Sequence record: MZ443769.1
Strand: one strand, 5' to 3'
Length of the DNA: 64,000 nucleotides
Each line of letters begins with the position of its first letter. The stretch's first letter is position 1. The notes under the pieces are model-generated. The model worked only from the letters and a program-made list of their open reading frames with translations, searched no databases and had not been told where the DNA came from. This document shows, in pieces, positions 7,912-16,416 of this stretch. The position numbers were made by a program, and so were the translations under genes.

Positions 7912-8844
7912 ATGTCTTTGATTAAACTCGAAGGCGTTGCATCTACTTCTGCTGTATCAAAAGCACAGAAAGATGCGGCTGTCTACATGTTCGGTTCTAA
8001 AGGTCACAGCATTGTTGCAGTGCTTGACAAGTTCGCTCGCGCAAAAGAAATTCAGGCGCCGCACCTTGCTGGTATTCTCGCGCTGATGAAAGATGGTGAA
8101 GATGACGAAATCATCAAATTCACATCGTCCGCTGCTGGGAAGAAGTCTATCGTTGCTGCGAAGCAATTCGCTATTGCAAAAACGTTTACGAACGCAATCA
8201 AATACCTGAAACTGATTCGCGTTCCGATGAAGTGGATTCCAGGCCACTCTGATACTGCGGCTGCACGTATTCAACAAACCGAAACTATTCGTGCAAGCAA
8301 ACGCGCTTCTACAAAACCTGAGAAGCCTATCAAGCTTGATAACCCTCATGCACCTGAAGCCGTAGAGCAAGAACAAACCAAAGCGTCTGCCGCTATCAAC
8401 AAGATTTGGGACCTGTCTAAGTTCAAATCAAATCTTCTTGATTCGTCTTGGTCTGCGTTGATCACTGCATTCAACACAGAGTTCAAAGGTCGCTATGTGT
8501 TGAAACTGAACAAGCGTGAAGGTGCATTCCGCATCAACACTCTCAATGGCGGTTACTCTGGTCGTGGTGAAGCATTCCTGTCTGCTGCTTTCGAAAACAA
8601 TTCGTGGGTAATGTTTGCCAACGACCCTGCGACTAAGAGTGCTGCATTCGATAGTTGGTACGTCGGTCCTAAACTGACATTCGCAACAATCGTTTCGTAT
8701 CTGAGCAACGAACTTGCTGGTCCTCATTCCGGTGAGAAGCAAGAGATCGATAAGCTGATCGCTGGCGCTGTTATCTTCCCGCACAATGATCGCTATTACG
8801 ATGCGACAGAAGACCAGCCGAAAAAGACTACTGCAAAAAAGTAG
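7912..8844 (+). CDS. hypothetical protein (zero-frame product of candidate -1 frameshift gene)
   Basis: 310 aa, AAGGA RBS; ends GCA AAA AAG TAG. Confidence 0.85.
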   Translation: MSLIKLEGVASTSAVSKAQKDAAVYMFGSKGHSIVAVLDKFARAKEIQAPHLAGILALMKDGEDDEIIKFTSSAAGKKSIVAAKQFAIAKTFTNAIKYLKLIRVPMKWIPGHSDTAAARIQQTETIRASKRASTKPEKPIKLDNPHAPEAVEQEQTKASAAINKIWDLSKFKSNLLDSSWSALITAFNTEFKGRYVLKLNKREGAFRINTLNGGYSGRGEAFLSAAFENNSWVMFANDPATKSAAFDSWYVGPKLTFATIVSYLSNELAGPHSGEKQEIDKLIAGAVIFPHNDRYYDATEDQPKKTTAKK

Positions 8845-8900
8845 TTACCAGTGCACCTGCTGCATACACTCCTTCGGGGAAAAGCGCAGATACACTGGTA
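8835..8900 (+). other. candidate -1 programmed ribosomal frameshift signal
   Basis: In-phase A_AAA_AAG (8835-8841), stop codon, then stem TACCAGTG (8846-8853)/CACTGGTA (8893-8900) enclosing a cUUCGg hairpin. Confidence 0.55.
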
Positions 8901-9545
8901 GACGAAATCGCAGAAACTCCTGCCAAGAAAATTGCAGCGAAAGGTCTTCGCGAGAAAGAAGAATACTTTGCTGCACTAGCTACGGTGCTAGGTCGTAACT
9001 TGCCTGCATATCGCGTAGAAGCAACGCACGAAGGTGTGACTGTTACACGTGGCTCGAAGGTCAACACTGTGCGTCTCGGCGAAAAAGCTTGGACCATTCA
9101 GATGGGCATCACTGCTAAACTGAAATCACTCGGCGCCAAGTTTGATATCGTTGATCTGCTTGGTATGATTGACAAAGGTATCGCCAGCCCAAAGCTTAAA
9201 GCCGGAGTTCCCGGCCAAGCAATGCCGATGCCTTACTTTGATGCCGTGAAGAAGAACGCGCAAGACGGAACGTATGATACCGTTATCTACATGGAAGCTG
9301 ATCGAATTTATCCTCTGGCGCTCAAGCGTGAAGGGAATATGTTCACAATGAAAGTTTCTATGTTCGGCCCTATTCAGCATTTCATCACTCAAGGTATTCA
9401 GGAGTGTGGTGCAACGCTGACTGGTGTGACGGGTAGATCATTCACGTTCAATGAAGACGATGCCAACGCATTTGAGAAGTGGCTTAAAGCTCAACGTAGA
9501 CCGAAGACGCTTTCGACCAAATATCTGATGCCACAGGCTTTGTAG
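8841..9545 (+). CDS. hypothetical protein domain in -1 frame (possible C-terminal extension of 7912 ORF)
   Basis: Frame is open and protein-like from 8841 (VVTSAPAAYTPSGKSADTLVDEIAE...); the first start codon, GTG 8985, has no SD. Confidence 0.7.
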   Translation, partial: VVTSAPAAYTPSGKSADTLVDEIAETPAKKIAAKGLREKEEYFAALATVLGRNLPAYRVEATHEGVTVTRGSKVNTVRLGEKAWTIQMGITAKLKSLGAKFDIVDLLGMIDKGIASPKLKAGVPGQAMPMPYFDAVKKNAQDGTYDTVIYMEADRIYPLALKREGNMFTMKVSMFGPIQHFITQGIQECGATLTGVTGRSFTFNEDDANAFEKWLKAQRRPKTLSTKYLMPQAL

Positions 9546-9562
9546 TAGCAACTGCTTGAACC

Positions 9563-9591
9563 AAAAAGGGGTGCCTTCGGGTGCCCCTTTT
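9563..9591. terminator. Rho-independent terminator (possibly bidirectional)
   Basis: AAAAAGGGGTGCC-TTCG-GGTGCCCCTTTT. Confidence 0.8.
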
Positions 9592-9668
9592 GCGTCTCTG
9601 TACGCCGTTAAAAGCACTAAAAATCGACCTCATATCGCTACATATAATAGACCGCACATCTGCTGAAC

Positions 9669-9724
9669 TCTGCATATAATAGGCTAAAATAGCGCTAGAT
9701 TTGAGGTACTGAATATGATATACT
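9669..9724 (+). promoter_or_regulatory. class I phage promoter
   Basis: TCTGCATATAAT-AGGCTAAAATAG, 26 nt, then (TGa)TATACT. Confidence 0.75.
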
Positions 9725-9771
9725 GAATGCGAGCAATAATGCTCAATACACTGATTGCCAAGGGGCATAAA

Positions 9772-10140
9772 ATGACTACTTATACATCTATCTATGAAAT
9801 CGCAGAAGCAATCGACGGCGGCCTGAATTCAGAAGAAGTTGCGCAAGCTCTTAACATCACTAAGCCTCATCGCCAAGAAGTTCTGGTTTGTGGTCTGCAA
9901 GAAGACTTCGGTATCTACGCGCCGATGATGAACAGCGATGAAAACTATCTGTTTGCTGACACAGACGATTTGTTCTCTGAACATCTGAAAGGTCAAGGCG
10001 CTTTCACCGTATGCCGCATCTTCACACCAGAAAATGAAATGTTCGATCAAGAAGAAGTCACAGTCGAACAGCTCGGCGAGTTTAATGATTTTGAAACCGC
10101 ACTCGCAGCATTCGTATCTGCTATCAACACAGCCGCATAA
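9772..10140 (+). CDS. hypothetical acidic protein
   Basis: AAGGGG RBS, downstream of promoter. Confidence 0.8.
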   Translation: MTTYTSIYEIAEAIDGGLNSEEVAQALNITKPHRQEVLVCGLQEDFGIYAPMMNSDENYLFADTDDLFSEHLKGQGAFTVCRIFTPENEMFDQEEVTVEQLGEFNDFETALAAFVSAINTAA

Positions 10141-10158
10141 TAAAGACTGACACATAGC

Positions 10159-10201
10159 AGGCAGAAATTCTGATTGTATTTGAACTGCTGCCTGCTATTA
10201 T
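10159..10201 (+). promoter_or_regulatory. class I phage promoter (variant)
   Basis: AGGCAGAAATTC, 25 nt, (TGc)TATTAT. Confidence 0.55.
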
Positions 10202-10250
10202 ATGATCTCTAGCGCAATGACGCGCTCAACACTGAACGAGAGAAAACAAA

Positions 10251-10502
10251 ATGACAGACAAGAAAGTAGTTATTGATTTAGTCGCTGACGTTGCATCGCC
10301 AACAGAAGTTGTTTTTGAAGATGGCCAGAAATCATCTGAGTGGCTTGCGCCTTACGATCTGCGTTTGAACGTGTCGCAAACTGTAGGGCCGAACGGCTAT
10401 CCCGAAGTTGAAATCATCGGCGACGATGCTAATCTCATTAAGTTCTTCGACGAGCAAATGCCTAACTCTGAACTTTCAGAAAACGACTTGCTCGATCTGT
10501 AA
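10251..10502 (+). CDS. hypothetical protein
   Basis: 83 aa, flanked by promoter and terminator. Confidence 0.8.
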   Translation: MTDKKVVIDLVADVASPTEVVFEDGQKSSEWLAPYDLRLNVSQTVGPNGYPEVEIIGDDANLIKFFDEQMPNSELSENDLLDL

Positions 10503-10515
10503 TAGCGCTGCACAC

Positions 10516-10544
10516 AAGAGACGTTACGGCGTCTCTTTTCTTTT
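10516..10544 (+). terminator. Rho-independent terminator
   Basis: AAGAGACG-TTACGG-CGTCTCTT then TTCTTTT. Confidence 0.75.
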
Positions 10545-10569
10545 ATACTAATTGCCAAGGGGCATATTG

Positions 10570-11226
10570 ATGAACGTTTTAAAAACTGCTGCTGACTTTG
10601 ATCGCGCTCTGCATAACGCCGTTGTTCTGAACGACACGACTGAGATTGATCAATTCATCTCTGCGTTGAATAACGAGATCAAACGATCTGATATCGTTCT
10701 GCGTTTAGTTGTTGGCCAAGATCCCTCAGATGAAAATTCTGATCTGTCTGTGGCGCCTACGTATATCTCTGCGGCGCGTGTTGCAAACCCCGAAGAAGAT
10801 CTCGTTTCTATCTATCTGCCTACTAATCATGAATTCTATGCAGACGAATCAATCAACATTACTGGCACAAGCGCTAGTGCAATCTCAATTAATGAATGCG
10901 TCGAAATCAATGACAAGACGATTCAAGAAGTCTGCCGCACATTAGCGAAGTATATCAAACGTCGCCCGCCTCTGCTTAAACTGGCTGACGCTGATCGCTC
11001 TATCATTGAGATGTACAGCGCAGGTCTTATCTCGATGACTGAGCTTGTGCTTGACCTTATGTCACGCGGTATTGGCATTCGTCAAATAACGACAGGCACA
11101 ACTGATGACCCAGCAATCGAAGTCATTGTTCGTCACGGCAAACTCTACTTAGACCTCACACATGATGCAGGCCAAGTCGATGAACACAACTGGCCTGTGC
11201 TGCAATCAGTTGTTGTGCTAATCTAA
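10570..11226 (+). CDS. hypothetical protein
   Basis: AAGGGG RBS in the same 16-bp context as gene 9772. Confidence 0.8.
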   Translation: MNVLKTAADFDRALHNAVVLNDTTEIDQFISALNNEIKRSDIVLRLVVGQDPSDENSDLSVAPTYISAARVANPEEDLVSIYLPTNHEFYADESINITGTSASAISINECVEINDKTIQEVCRTLAKYIKRRPPLLKLADADRSIIEMYSAGLISMTELVLDLMSRGIGIRQITTGTTDDPAIEVIVRHGKLYLDLTHDAGQVDEHNWPVLQSVVVLI

Positions 11227-11234
11227 TTCAATAC

Positions 11235-11253
11235 GCCCTGCTGCGGGGCTTTT
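11235..11253 (+). terminator. Rho-independent terminator
   Basis: GCCCTG-CTG-CGGGGC then TTTT. Confidence 0.55.
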
Positions 11254-11277
11254 ATATTTCTGTTTGAGAGAATCGCT

Positions 11278-11805
11278 ATGAAAAATCAATACCTCATTAT
11301 TCGCATGAAAGCCGCTGACCTGTACAACAACAAATTTTTAATGCGCGGCTTTGATCGAAAACGTATCGAGCAAGTCATCGGTATCGTTGTCGTTGTGGCT
11401 GATGAACACAGCACTTCCCTGAAAGACAACATGTATCACCTGTCCAACGTTGGTGTTGAAATGTTAGTTTCTGATACGCAGCAAAAACATGCGCGACTGT
11501 TCTGGAATGACGAAGACCGTCGTGTGATACAAGATGGTAAAACACTTCTGCCTGCGGATTTACGCAAGACGATTGATTCTATGCTGAACAATCGTATGTA
11601 CCATACAGTAGATACTCAAATACCAGAAGCGTTTCGTGAGTGCCACACTGTGTTTGATATTCCGACAGGCACAGAAATGCGTGAACGCATAAATAAACGC
11701 TTGCGTGATTCGCAGAAGAAAGACGTTCTTGATAAATTCACTGTAGAAGAATTATTGCAGCACCTGAAGAAACGTACAGGCGCTAAAATCACACTCGAAC
11801 TGTAA
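11278..11805 (+). CDS. hypothetical protein
   Basis: 175 aa ORF co-oriented with neighbours. Confidence 0.8.
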   Translation: MKNQYLIIRMKAADLYNNKFLMRGFDRKRIEQVIGIVVVVADEHSTSLKDNMYHLSNVGVEMLVSDTQQKHARLFWNDEDRRVIQDGKTLLPADLRKTIDSMLNNRMYHTVDTQIPEAFRECHTVFDIPTGTEMRERINKRLRDSQKKDVLDKFTVEELLQHLKKRTGAKITLEL

Positions 11806-11821
11806 ATCAAAACTAACCAAT

Positions 11822-11844
11822 AGCCCTGCATGTGTGGGGCTTTT
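11822..11844 (+). terminator. Rho-independent terminator
   Basis: AGCCCTGCA..TGTGGGGCT then TTT. Confidence 0.5.
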
Positions 11845-11861
11845 CTGATCTGGAGAATGCT

Positions 11862-12299
11862 ATGATCTACGAACGCGAAGACCTCGAACAAAAAGACTGC
11901 ACTGAATTACACGCTATTGCTGAACAGCGTGGCTTACTCGCCGACTTCGATGATGAAGACGATGTAGACGAACACCTGCTTATCGGCCTCATTCTTGACG
12001 CACAGAAAGAAGACCTCGATGCTGAGGTCAAAGAGTGTGAAGATCGCGAACGCGAAGAAGACGAAGAGGCAGAAGAAGAATTCTGCGAAGAATGTGGTGG
12101 CATGATTGGCGATGATTGCGATTGCGATAATGAAGACGAAGACGATGATCACTGCGACGAGTGTGGTGAATCGTTCGACAGCCATGAAGGCCTTGATGAA
12201 TTCGAACAAGACGCGCTCGACAAGCAGCGAGCCGAAAATGATCGCGACCCGCTGATCAATCGTCGTGATGGCCAAGACGGCTCTGACGACTACTGCTAA
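11862..12299 (+). CDS. acidic protein with CxxC/CxC motifs
   Basis: GGAG RBS; D/E-rich; CEECGG, CDCD, CDECG suggest metal binding. Confidence 0.8.
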   Translation: MIYEREDLEQKDCTELHAIAEQRGLLADFDDEDDVDEHLLIGLILDAQKEDLDAEVKECEDREREEDEEAEEEFCEECGGMIGDDCDCDNEDEDDDHCDECGESFDSHEGLDEFEQDALDKQRAENDRDPLINRRDGQDGSDDYC

Positions 12300-12343
12300 A
12301 ACGAAGAGACACCAAACGAGTGTTTCAATAACTGGAGAACATC

Positions 12344-12685
12344 ATGGACCGCATGATAATCAAAGTAAGCCCTGACGAATTCAACGCTCGTCAGATTCTA
12401 TTACCTCACGCTTTACCTTTCACTAAAGAAGAGGCTGTTGTGTTTGTCGTAACGAGCACGAACGAGTTTGGTGGTTTGACGTATGAAGACGCATACCTTA
12501 TCACTAAACTCAAAGTGACTGACAACACAACTCCTGGCGGGCCTGCTCAAACGCTTGAAACGCAAGAGTATGGCAAAGTCACATTAGATGAAGCGTGGAA
12601 AATTCCACTCTTGCCTAAAGTGTATATCGTTGAGCCTGTACCTGAACGCGATCAGCGTATCTACTCGCAGACTGAATTCGTCTAA
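12344..12685 (+). CDS. hypothetical protein
   Basis: GGAG RBS, 113 aa. Confidence 0.8.
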   Translation: MDRMIIKVSPDEFNARQILLPHALPFTKEEAVVFVVTSTNEFGGLTYEDAYLITKLKVTDNTTPGGPAQTLETQEYGKVTLDEAWKIPLLPKVYIVEPVPERDQRIYSQTEFV

Positions 12686-12690
12686 CTATC

Positions 12691-12717
12691 AAGGGCTGCC
12701 TAACGGTGGCCCTTTTT
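12691..12717 (+). terminator. Rho-independent terminator
   Basis: AAGGGCTGCC-TAAC-GGTGGCCCTT then TTT. Confidence 0.8.
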
Positions 12718-12721
12718 CGTT

Positions 12722-12731
12722 TCTGTAAATA
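12722..12731 (+). promoter_or_regulatory. TCTGTAAATA class II motif
   Basis: Between a terminator and the ATG at 12762. Confidence 0.5.
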
Positions 12732-12761
12732 CTGCTCACGAACAAACAAAAGGTAATCACT

Positions 12762-13121
12762 ATGCGCCGCTCTTTCATTGTATTTCTTATCTCTCAAGGC
12801 GAACTAAACAACGGTCGCTTCTTTCAACCCAAGATGAAACTTGGTGCAGACCTGCTGGCTCACATTGATTGTGTGTTGCTCGTCGTGCGTGATACCAAAC
12901 ACGTCTACTGCCCTAAGCAGTTTGAGCACCGTGAAAGCGCAGAGCCTGGAATCTATCAGGTTGACTTTGAAGACATGCAAGAAGTCACCACGATGATCAA
13001 TGCTATTCAGGCACTCAAGATGCCTATTGACAGGACTGCACCGATCGAAGAGATTCGCTATTTCTTGCGCACACCAGCACAAGACACAGACCCGTCACTT
13101 GTAACTTATATCGAGGTATAA
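12762..13121 (+). CDS. hypothetical protein
   Basis: 119 aa, AAGG RBS. Confidence 0.8.
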   Translation: MRRSFIVFLISQGELNNGRFFQPKMKLGADLLAHIDCVLLVVRDTKHVYCPKQFEHRESAEPGIYQVDFEDMQEVTTMINAIQALKMPIDRTAPIEEIRYFLRTPAQDTDPSLVTYIEV

Positions 13122-13391
13122 ATGGCATACGATCCACCTAAGCCGAGAACGAATCTCGGTGCATCACTGGCAGCACGTTTTGGTGTTACTTCTGCTGAGA
13201 AGATTGCGAAGAGAAAAAAGATCTACCCGAAAAACAAAACAGCTTCGTCTGCTGTCACTACTCCGATGTATGTTGCACTGACGAAGCTGGCTAATCGTCG
13301 TGGTATCTCTGCTGCCCGTCTTATCGAAAGTCTGTTAGAGCGTGAGCTTACCGCAGAGAACATTCCTTACATTGGAGTTCAAGACGAATGA
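13122..13391 (+). CDS. putative ribbon-helix-helix DNA-binding protein
   Basis: TTPMYVALTKLANRRGISAARLIESLLEREL fits the CopG/RHH pattern (L..LA...G.S...LI...L); GAGG RBS. Confidence 0.5.
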   Translation: MAYDPPKPRTNLGASLAARFGVTSAEKIAKRKKIYPKNKTASSAVTTPMYVALTKLANRRGISAARLIESLLERELTAENIPYIGVQDE

Positions 13392-13753
13392 GTCTGCATA
13401 TTTATTGTCGTCTGTATGGCGTACAGCATCGCTTGCGTATCACGGAGCATGATTTCACACGCACACCTAAAATGGTCACTGTGTGTAACGCAGACTTTCT
13501 CACAATGATGCCTCTTGTTATTGTCGGTGCTGCTTACGACACGTACACGCCGTACAAAATTTTGAAAGCAGGTAAAGCTGATTTTAAGATCAGAAGAATT
13601 GAACGTGTATCGCCAGACAAGTGGCTTTATGTATTCGAAGATTCACAGGGCAATGCGTTCCAAACGTATTTGCAGAGGAGGATGTATGAAACGTATCGGG
13701 ACAATCGTAGCACTCGGCCTGAAAGACAAACAGCCGAAGTCGTGCGACATTGA
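13388..13753 (+). CDS. hypothetical protein
   Basis: GGAG RBS, ATGA overlap with upstream gene. Confidence 0.7.
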   Translation: MSLHIYCRLYGVQHRLRITEHDFTRTPKMVTVCNADFLTMMPLVIVGAAYDTYTPYKILKAGKADFKIRRIERVSPDKWLYVFEDSQGNAFQTYLQRRMYETYRDNRSTRPERQTAEVVRH

Positions 13754-14321
13754 TATAACACCTGTGTCGAAAGACGACGAATGGGGCTCGCTGAGTCCCT
13801 TTCATTTAGGACCATGCAGAACACCTGACGGTACGATGTTCTATAACATGGAAAACCTCTGGCAGTACAGCAAAGTGTATGAAGACCATCTGAACAACTC
13901 TAACGATATCTTTAGTGGTGAAGTTAGTCCAGACTGGTATGCGTGGCATCTCAAAGGTGCTATGTCAAAACAGGCGCATCGTTATCCCATGGGTAAAGGC
14001 CAAAAGCCGTTATTCAGTCGCTGGGGTAATCTGCGTCTTTCTTACGTTCCAGCGCGAAAACAAATCTACGTGCCTGAGTATGCGAAGCTGGTAATTGAAC
14101 AGAAGAAGTTCAAACAGCTCCTCAAAGAATATAAGAAAGGTGCTAACATCGTTGTGCGTGATTATGACACCTACGATATTCATAAAGCATATCCTGATTC
14201 ACGTTCACCTTGGATAAGTGCGATAGAGAATCCCCATAACAAGTTCGGACACTCATTCGTGATCGCGCTTGCTCTCTTATTTCATGAACGACCTCTCTGG
14301 TACAATCAATGGGTTTTATAA
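13686..14321 (+). CDS. DUF6939/NADAR-like protein (putative)
   Basis: Strong GAGGAGG RBS before ATG 13686; LSPFHLGP..., ENLWQYSKVY, HRYPMGKG, ARKQIYVPEY, FGHSFV motifs. Confidence 0.5.
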   Translation: MKRIGTIVALGLKDKQPKSCDIDITPVSKDDEWGSLSPFHLGPCRTPDGTMFYNMENLWQYSKVYEDHLNNSNDIFSGEVSPDWYAWHLKGAMSKQAHRYPMGKGQKPLFSRWGNLRLSYVPARKQIYVPEYAKLVIEQKKFKQLLKEYKKGANIVVRDYDTYDIHKAYPDSRSPWISAIENPHNKFGHSFVIALALLFHERPLWYNQWVL

Positions 14322-14683
14322 AAATCAATCGACAAGGTTGTACGCGCATTGTTTTCCTGACAAAGAAGTATGCGATCAAGATTCCTACTATAACAACGTG
14401 GGAAGGATTCGTTCTCGGTATGCTGGGCAATATGAATGAGCGCAGGTGGAAAGACTCTCCTCCTGAATGGTTTATCTGCCCGCTTCTTTATAGCAATCGT
14501 TTTGGTCTGTTGAACATAATGCCTCGTTGCAGTCCAGTCAAGCATCGAGGTTTGTATCTCACGGAACTGAAACGTATCTGTGTGCTTTCACCTCTGTCCG
14601 ATGAATTCTATATGTCAGACGCAAAGCCTCAGAACTATGGAACGTATAAAGGCCGCATGGTCAAACTTGATTATGGGAGTTAA
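14309..14683 (+). CDS. miniature protein-kinase-like protein
   Basis: G.TRIVF..KKYAIKIP (beta1-3 with invariant Lys), DAKPQNYG (catalytic D-x-K-x-x-N), VKLDYG (DFG equivalent) in 124 aa. Confidence 0.65.
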   Translation: MGFIKINRQGCTRIVFLTKKYAIKIPTITTWEGFVLGMLGNMNERRWKDSPPEWFICPLLYSNRFGLLNIMPRCSPVKHRGLYLTELKRICVLSPLSDEFYMSDAKPQNYGTYKGRMVKLDYGS

Positions 14684-14686
14684 AGC

Positions 14687-15001
14687 ATGATTCAACCTAA
14701 ATACGAATGGCGTATGCGTTTTGAAGACCGTGAAGGTAATCTCAACTTACCTGAGTTACCTCCTGATATCGAAATCTATATCAAAGACAACCTCACGCTT
14801 CAACGCATTCCTGTCTTAGTTAACCGCACAACAATCGTAAGCGTTAACGGTAAGACGTGTGGTTGTTTGCAGTGGCTCGATACTGCTAATCTACTCGTTT
14901 GGTCTTCATTTGAGATCTATCGTTTTACGCTGTTTGTCGAACGAGTCACAAGCGTAACCGCATCTGAGACAACCCTGCAATCTGAACAACTCTGCATATA
15001 A
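14687..15001 (+). CDS. hypothetical protein
   Basis: GGAG RBS, 104 aa. Confidence 0.7.
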   Translation: MIQPKYEWRMRFEDREGNLNLPELPPDIEIYIKDNLTLQRIPVLVNRTTIVSVNGKTCGCLQWLDTANLLVWSSFEIYRFTLFVERVTSVTASETTLQSEQLCI

Positions 15002-15046
15002 TAGGCTAAAATAGCCGTTCACTTCTAGACGCTCCTATGCTATAAT
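14991..15046 (+). promoter_or_regulatory. class I phage promoter
   Basis: TCTGCATATAAT-AGGCTAAAATAG, 26 nt, (TGc)TATAAT. Confidence 0.8.
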
Positions 15047-15092
15047 AGATTCAAGCAATAGTGCCTATAAATCTAACGCTGAGGAGCGTATC

Positions 15093-15536
15093 ATGACTGT
15101 ATATCACATCTCAACTCTGACTTCCCCAGAAGACTTCCTTGAAGCGCGTTTTGGCCACATGGAAAACCTCGTTACTAAAATCAAAGAAGCGTTGAATCGT
15201 CCTGATATCGAAGTGTACTTAGATGCGGACGACGGGCAGATGCTCGAAGAAGCAAACACAGAAGGTCCAGACCAGAAGATTGACGATAGCCTGATCAACG
15301 TTCACATTCGTTATGCAGGTATGTCATTCGATGAATCGACTGAGAAAGGTGTGTGGGATATTCTGCTGGGCGTTCCTCATGTTGATAACGACATGGGCGA
15401 CTGGACGAATTCATACACGCTGTTCATTCTCGATGAAGACATGGACGCTCTTGAGGAAGTTGCGATTGAAAACGGAAATCCTCATATGTTTGAGACTATC
15501 GTTGATCGCATTAACTTCTGGTTACCTAAACTGTAA
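15093..15536 (+). CDS. hypothetical acidic protein
   Basis: CTGAGGAG RBS. Confidence 0.85.
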   Translation: MTVYHISTLTSPEDFLEARFGHMENLVTKIKEALNRPDIEVYLDADDGQMLEEANTEGPDQKIDDSLINVHIRYAGMSFDESTEKGVWDILLGVPHVDNDMGDWTNSYTLFILDEDMDALEEVAIENGNPHMFETIVDRINFWLPKL

Positions 15537-15538
15537 TT

Positions 15539-15577
15539 GATTTGTGAAGGGCCTTCTCTGAGGGCTCTTTGAAAATC
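15539..15577 (+). repeat. intergenic hairpin repeat, copy 1 (RNase III-site-like)
   Basis: GATTTGTGAAGGGC-CTTCTCTGAGG-GCTCTTTGAAAATC; arms nearly identical to the copy at 15929. Confidence 0.7.
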
Positions 15578-15601
15578 TAACCTAAGCTGAGGAGCTTAAC
15601 A

Positions 15602-15928
15602 ATGTCATCATCAACTGAAATCACTTTCTCTTTCTCTTCTCTGACTAGCCTTGAAGTTGTGACAGGCAGTAGTGCTGTTGCCGACTATATGGGCGTGGCT
15701 GCGAATCAGAAGAAAACGTTTAGCAACAAAGAAGCGTTGGACCTGATGCAGAACAGCAACATCATTAGCGCGTTGTCTCGCTTTGATCAAGCGATTGTCA
15801 ATCTGCTGATCGATCAGCAAGAGAGCCACGAAGAACAGCGCAAGCATTATGTCGAACTTGCTCGTGGTATCGATCGTCCTGAAGATGTCCATGCAGGCGT
15901 GTATCTGACAATCAGACACTGCCGCTAA
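15602..15928 (+). CDS. hypothetical protein
   Basis: CTGAGGAG RBS, flanked by the two hairpin repeats. Confidence 0.85.
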   Translation: MSSSTEITFSFSSLTSLEVVTGSSAVADYMGVAANQKKTFSNKEALDLMQNSNIISALSRFDQAIVNLLIDQQESHEEQRKHYVELARGIDRPEDVHAGVYLTIRHCR

Positions 15929-15968
15929 GATTTGTGAAGGGCATTCTAGCGAGTGTCCTTTGAAAATC
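15929..15968 (+). repeat. intergenic hairpin repeat, copy 2 (RNase III-site-like)
   Basis: GATTTGTGAAGGGC-ATTCTAGCGAGT-GTCCTTTGAAAATC. Confidence 0.7.
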
Positions 15969-15995
15969 ACATAACCCGTTCTGAGGAGAACAAAC

Positions 15996-16352
15996 ATGTC
16001 TGCTACTCAACTGCCTATCGACGCTCGCGCTTTTGATGACCTCGATAACATCGGCTTTTTGCATATCACTAACTGCCTGTCGATTATGCTTTCTCGTGGC
16101 GATTTAGAACTCGTCACTGATATTGCAGATCGCACAGTCACTGTTAAGTACCGCACTGGCGCTGTGAACAAACTCGGACACGGACTCATTGTCCTGCGTT
16201 TCCCGTCAGAAGTGCTTCAATCGGATATTCTCGAAGACTTCGAAGTGACCGTTGATAAGAATATTGTGATTCTTATCGAACGCCAGCACAGTTCAGACGC
16301 AACGTTCCAGCGCATTGCCGGCGTGATTGAAGGTCTGATGTACAAACTGTGA
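15996..16352 (+). CDS. hypothetical protein
   Basis: CTGAGGAG RBS, 118 aa. Confidence 0.85.
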   Translation: MSATQLPIDARAFDDLDNIGFLHITNCLSIMLSRGDLELVTDIADRTVTVKYRTGAVNKLGHGLIVLRFPSEVLQSDILEDFEVTVDKNIVILIERQHSSDATFQRIAGVIEGLMYKL

Positions 16353-16416
16353 TTGTTGCTTGCAGGTTCTTACGAGAGCCTGCTGTCAACATAACCCACA
16401 TGCTGAGGAGCATACA

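Noticed and set aside
8876-8884. 9-nt complementarity (GGGGAAAAG) between the frameshift stem and the candidate sRNA loop (CTTTTCCCC)
   Set aside because: A given 9-mer is expected about 0.25 times per strand in 64 kb; not significant.
8786-8998. 70-aa + strand ORF bridging the frameshift region
   Set aside because: Third frame, no RBS, atypical composition; the -1 frame is the protein-like one.
13214-13220. Another in-phase A_AAA_AAG heptamer
   Set aside because: Mid-ORF in a Lys-rich stretch, with no evident downstream stem.
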